Assembly: GCA_047495785.1 (NCBI GenBank)
Contig: JBLDXI010000015.1
Location: 3,596,001-3,660,000, forward strand
Source of the DNA: Lepidodermella squamata
Taxonomy: Eukaryota; Animalia; Gastrotricha
DNA length: 64,000 nt
Direction of reading: 5' to 3'
Below the pieces are notes generated by a model, which was given only the letters and a program-made list of their open reading frames with translations, was not told where the DNA came from and searched no databases. The position numbers and the translations under genes are program-made. Positions 62,101 to 64,000 of the stretch are shown one piece after another; positions within the stretch are counted from its first letter, which is position 1, and every line of letters begins with the position of its first letter.

Positions 62101-63227
62101 ATGGAAAAAAAAATGAAAATGAAAACTGACAGCTGGTTTGATTGCCTTGAGAAGGTTCTGGTGCGGTGACAGGATTCGGCACATCACTTAAGGTTGAAGC
62201 TCCATTGCTCAAAGGAGCAACCGAATCCTTTCCAGCTTCGCTCGCAGATGACGAAGCTGGTAAAGGTTCCACAGCAGGAATCGATTTCGCTTCAACAGCC
62301 TGAGCTTGGCTAAAGTCAATAATTATATGAAGAATTATGTATAGCTCTGCTAAACATTTCAATCTTAAGGCTTGGTGCCCTGATTCAGTATCGATAATCG
62401 TATATGAACACAGAATTAAAATTCACTCACCTATTTTCAGGGATGTTCGAGCTTACGGTTGTGGCTGCAGTTGAAGCTGCGTTTAAAAATCGGAGTTTAA
62501 AGTCGAACTACAGAATGTGAAAGGAGTAACTCACAACTGGCTTGATTGTCTTCAGAATCTCCGCTTCCGGAGTCAGAATTCGGCAGCTGAGCTTCATTGA
62601 CCACCGGAATGCCCTCATCAGATGACGAGGCTGGCAGAGGTTCCACAGCAGGGATCGGTTTCACTTCGAAAGTACCCTGAGCTTGCCTAATATTAAAATC
62701 ATAAGGAATTTTCTTATAGCTCTGTTATAAATTCCAATCTTACGGCTTGGTGTCGTGTTTCGGTACAATAGCCTTCAGCGCATCTTCAGCTTTGTCGCTG
62801 GGTTTCTCTTGCGGCTTCTTAGGCTTATTTGCGACGGCCGATTGTTCGGGTTTTTTCTCCTTTTTGTCAGCTTGGGAAGCCTTGATTATTTTCCTCAAAG
62901 TTGATTCCCTTAAGGAAAAGTAATTAGAGCCGAATCTTTGCCAGTTAATTTTACTCACTTTTCTGTATCTGGCTTGCTTGGCTGCTGTACATCGGCAGGG
63001 GCTGGACCCTGTTCAGTGTTTTTATTCGGCTTGCTGTCCTTGATGATTTTCTTTGGCAAGGCTGCGGGCTTGGAATCTCCGCCATTCTCGGAATTCCGCG
63101 TCGGCGCACCTGTGATATATCGATATTACCAAATAAAATCCTTGGAGAAAACTAATTTCAAACCTTGAATAGCTACGCAAGCAATCAGCAGCAAGAACGC
63201 TGTTGCGCTGAAGGCTATAATTCTCAT
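59177..63227 (-). CDS. Secreted Thr/Ser/Pro/Glu-rich mucin-like protein encoded by ~28 short exons
   Basis: Signal peptide MRIIAFSATAFLLLIACVA; phase-2 symmetric micro-exons (27 nt at ~59680-59706, 36 nt at 60185-60220, 39 nt at 60769-60807); last exon ends VSKP*. Confidence 0.8.
61291..62690 (-). repeat. Four tandem duplications of an exon pair with their introns
   Basis: E(V/A)K(P/S)(I/A)PA.E...(D/G)NQ(A/T)S exon plus a short S(T/S)..A...N exon recur four times with similar intron sequence. Confidence 0.8.
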
Positions 63228-63320
63228 GGTTTTTCCCTCGAAAGTGAAGCGAAATCGGATAGTTTTGTCAAAAAAATCAGCGAAAACGTTGTATTAAACT
63301 GGATCAAGACTGGCTGGCCC

Positions 63321-63328
63321 TTTATATA
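63321..63328 (-). promoter_or_regulatory. Candidate TATA box of the 63227 gene
   Basis: TATATAAA on the minus strand about 95 bp upstream of the ATG. Confidence 0.4.
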
Positions 63329-64000
63329 GCATGAAGTTCGTTTGCAAGCGCGTGATGAAAATGCGCTCAAGGTGCGATGATTTAGTGCAAATGTTGCGAA
63401 AACATTGTATCGAGTAAATAATGTGAACTCAGTCGAATAGCCGATGGGTGCGTTACAAGTTCGAACTGAACTGCTTTATTCTAGGTTTTTCTTGATTAAT
63501 CAGCAGTTTTTGTCTAATTCGCACGCTTTTTGAGTCTCATCCACGAACTATCCGCGGCCGGTCGTAGCCATTATAGCGTAGCGAAACGTGAACCTGCTCG
63601 CTCGAACGATAAAAACACGTGGAATAAAATTAACTGCTCTTTTATTGAAAAATTCCATAAAATGACTGTTTCAAAATTACTACAAGCACGGAATAACAAT
63701 ATTATACACCACCATAGATACTTTAAATAACAACTGAGGTTATAATAATAGCTCAACATCATTTAACAATAAATAGGTAGCTTCCATAGAGAGCTGAAGA
63801 ACAGCCTACTAGGGGCCCTACTCTAGCACTTTCTAAAAAATGCTATTGCGTAATATAATAACCCGCTCCTTTGAGGCAAAGGGTAAAGTATTAGTTTGAA
63901 AGGTAAAGAAAGGTAAAGTAGTTTGAAGCATTCTTTATCTTCATGCACAAATAATGCGTTAAAATTGGCGACACACCCTTCGACGTGAAAAGTCGTCGAA

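Overview
Eukaryotic DNA from an invertebrate with a compact genome (mostly 50-60 bp GT-AG introns); the species cannot be assigned from sequence alone. The first ~4.8 kb is one end of a Polinton/Maverick-like element: protein-primed PolB with an endonuclease-VII-type domain, a 45-bp hairpin tandem array, a spliced convergent gene and degenerate direct repeats. The host genes are rich in receptors and secreted proteins: a Ly6 protein, a divergent aspartate aminotransferase, an orphan GABA-B-like class C GPCR, five paralogous class A GPCRs, a ~2,500-aa SEA-type mucin, two highly derived Cys-loop channels, a STELLO/DUF288-like protein, an ankyrin protein, an iGluR, a PTP1B-like phosphatase and two secreted micro-exon genes. 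A full-length Mutator (MULE) transposon with TIRs and TSD and two to three MULE-type MITEs are also present. Most unusual: (1) all three transposase introns contain the element's own TIR motif; (2) the Cys-loop channels lack ACh-site hallmarks and share new Cys pairs; (3) a palindromic array lies next to PolB; (4) the iGluR has His-His at the Q/R site; (5) the PTP1B-like enzyme appears to carry a signal peptide; (6) two genes have phase-symmetric micro-exons; (7) the aminotransferase lacks Arg292. Gene models were spliced by eye.
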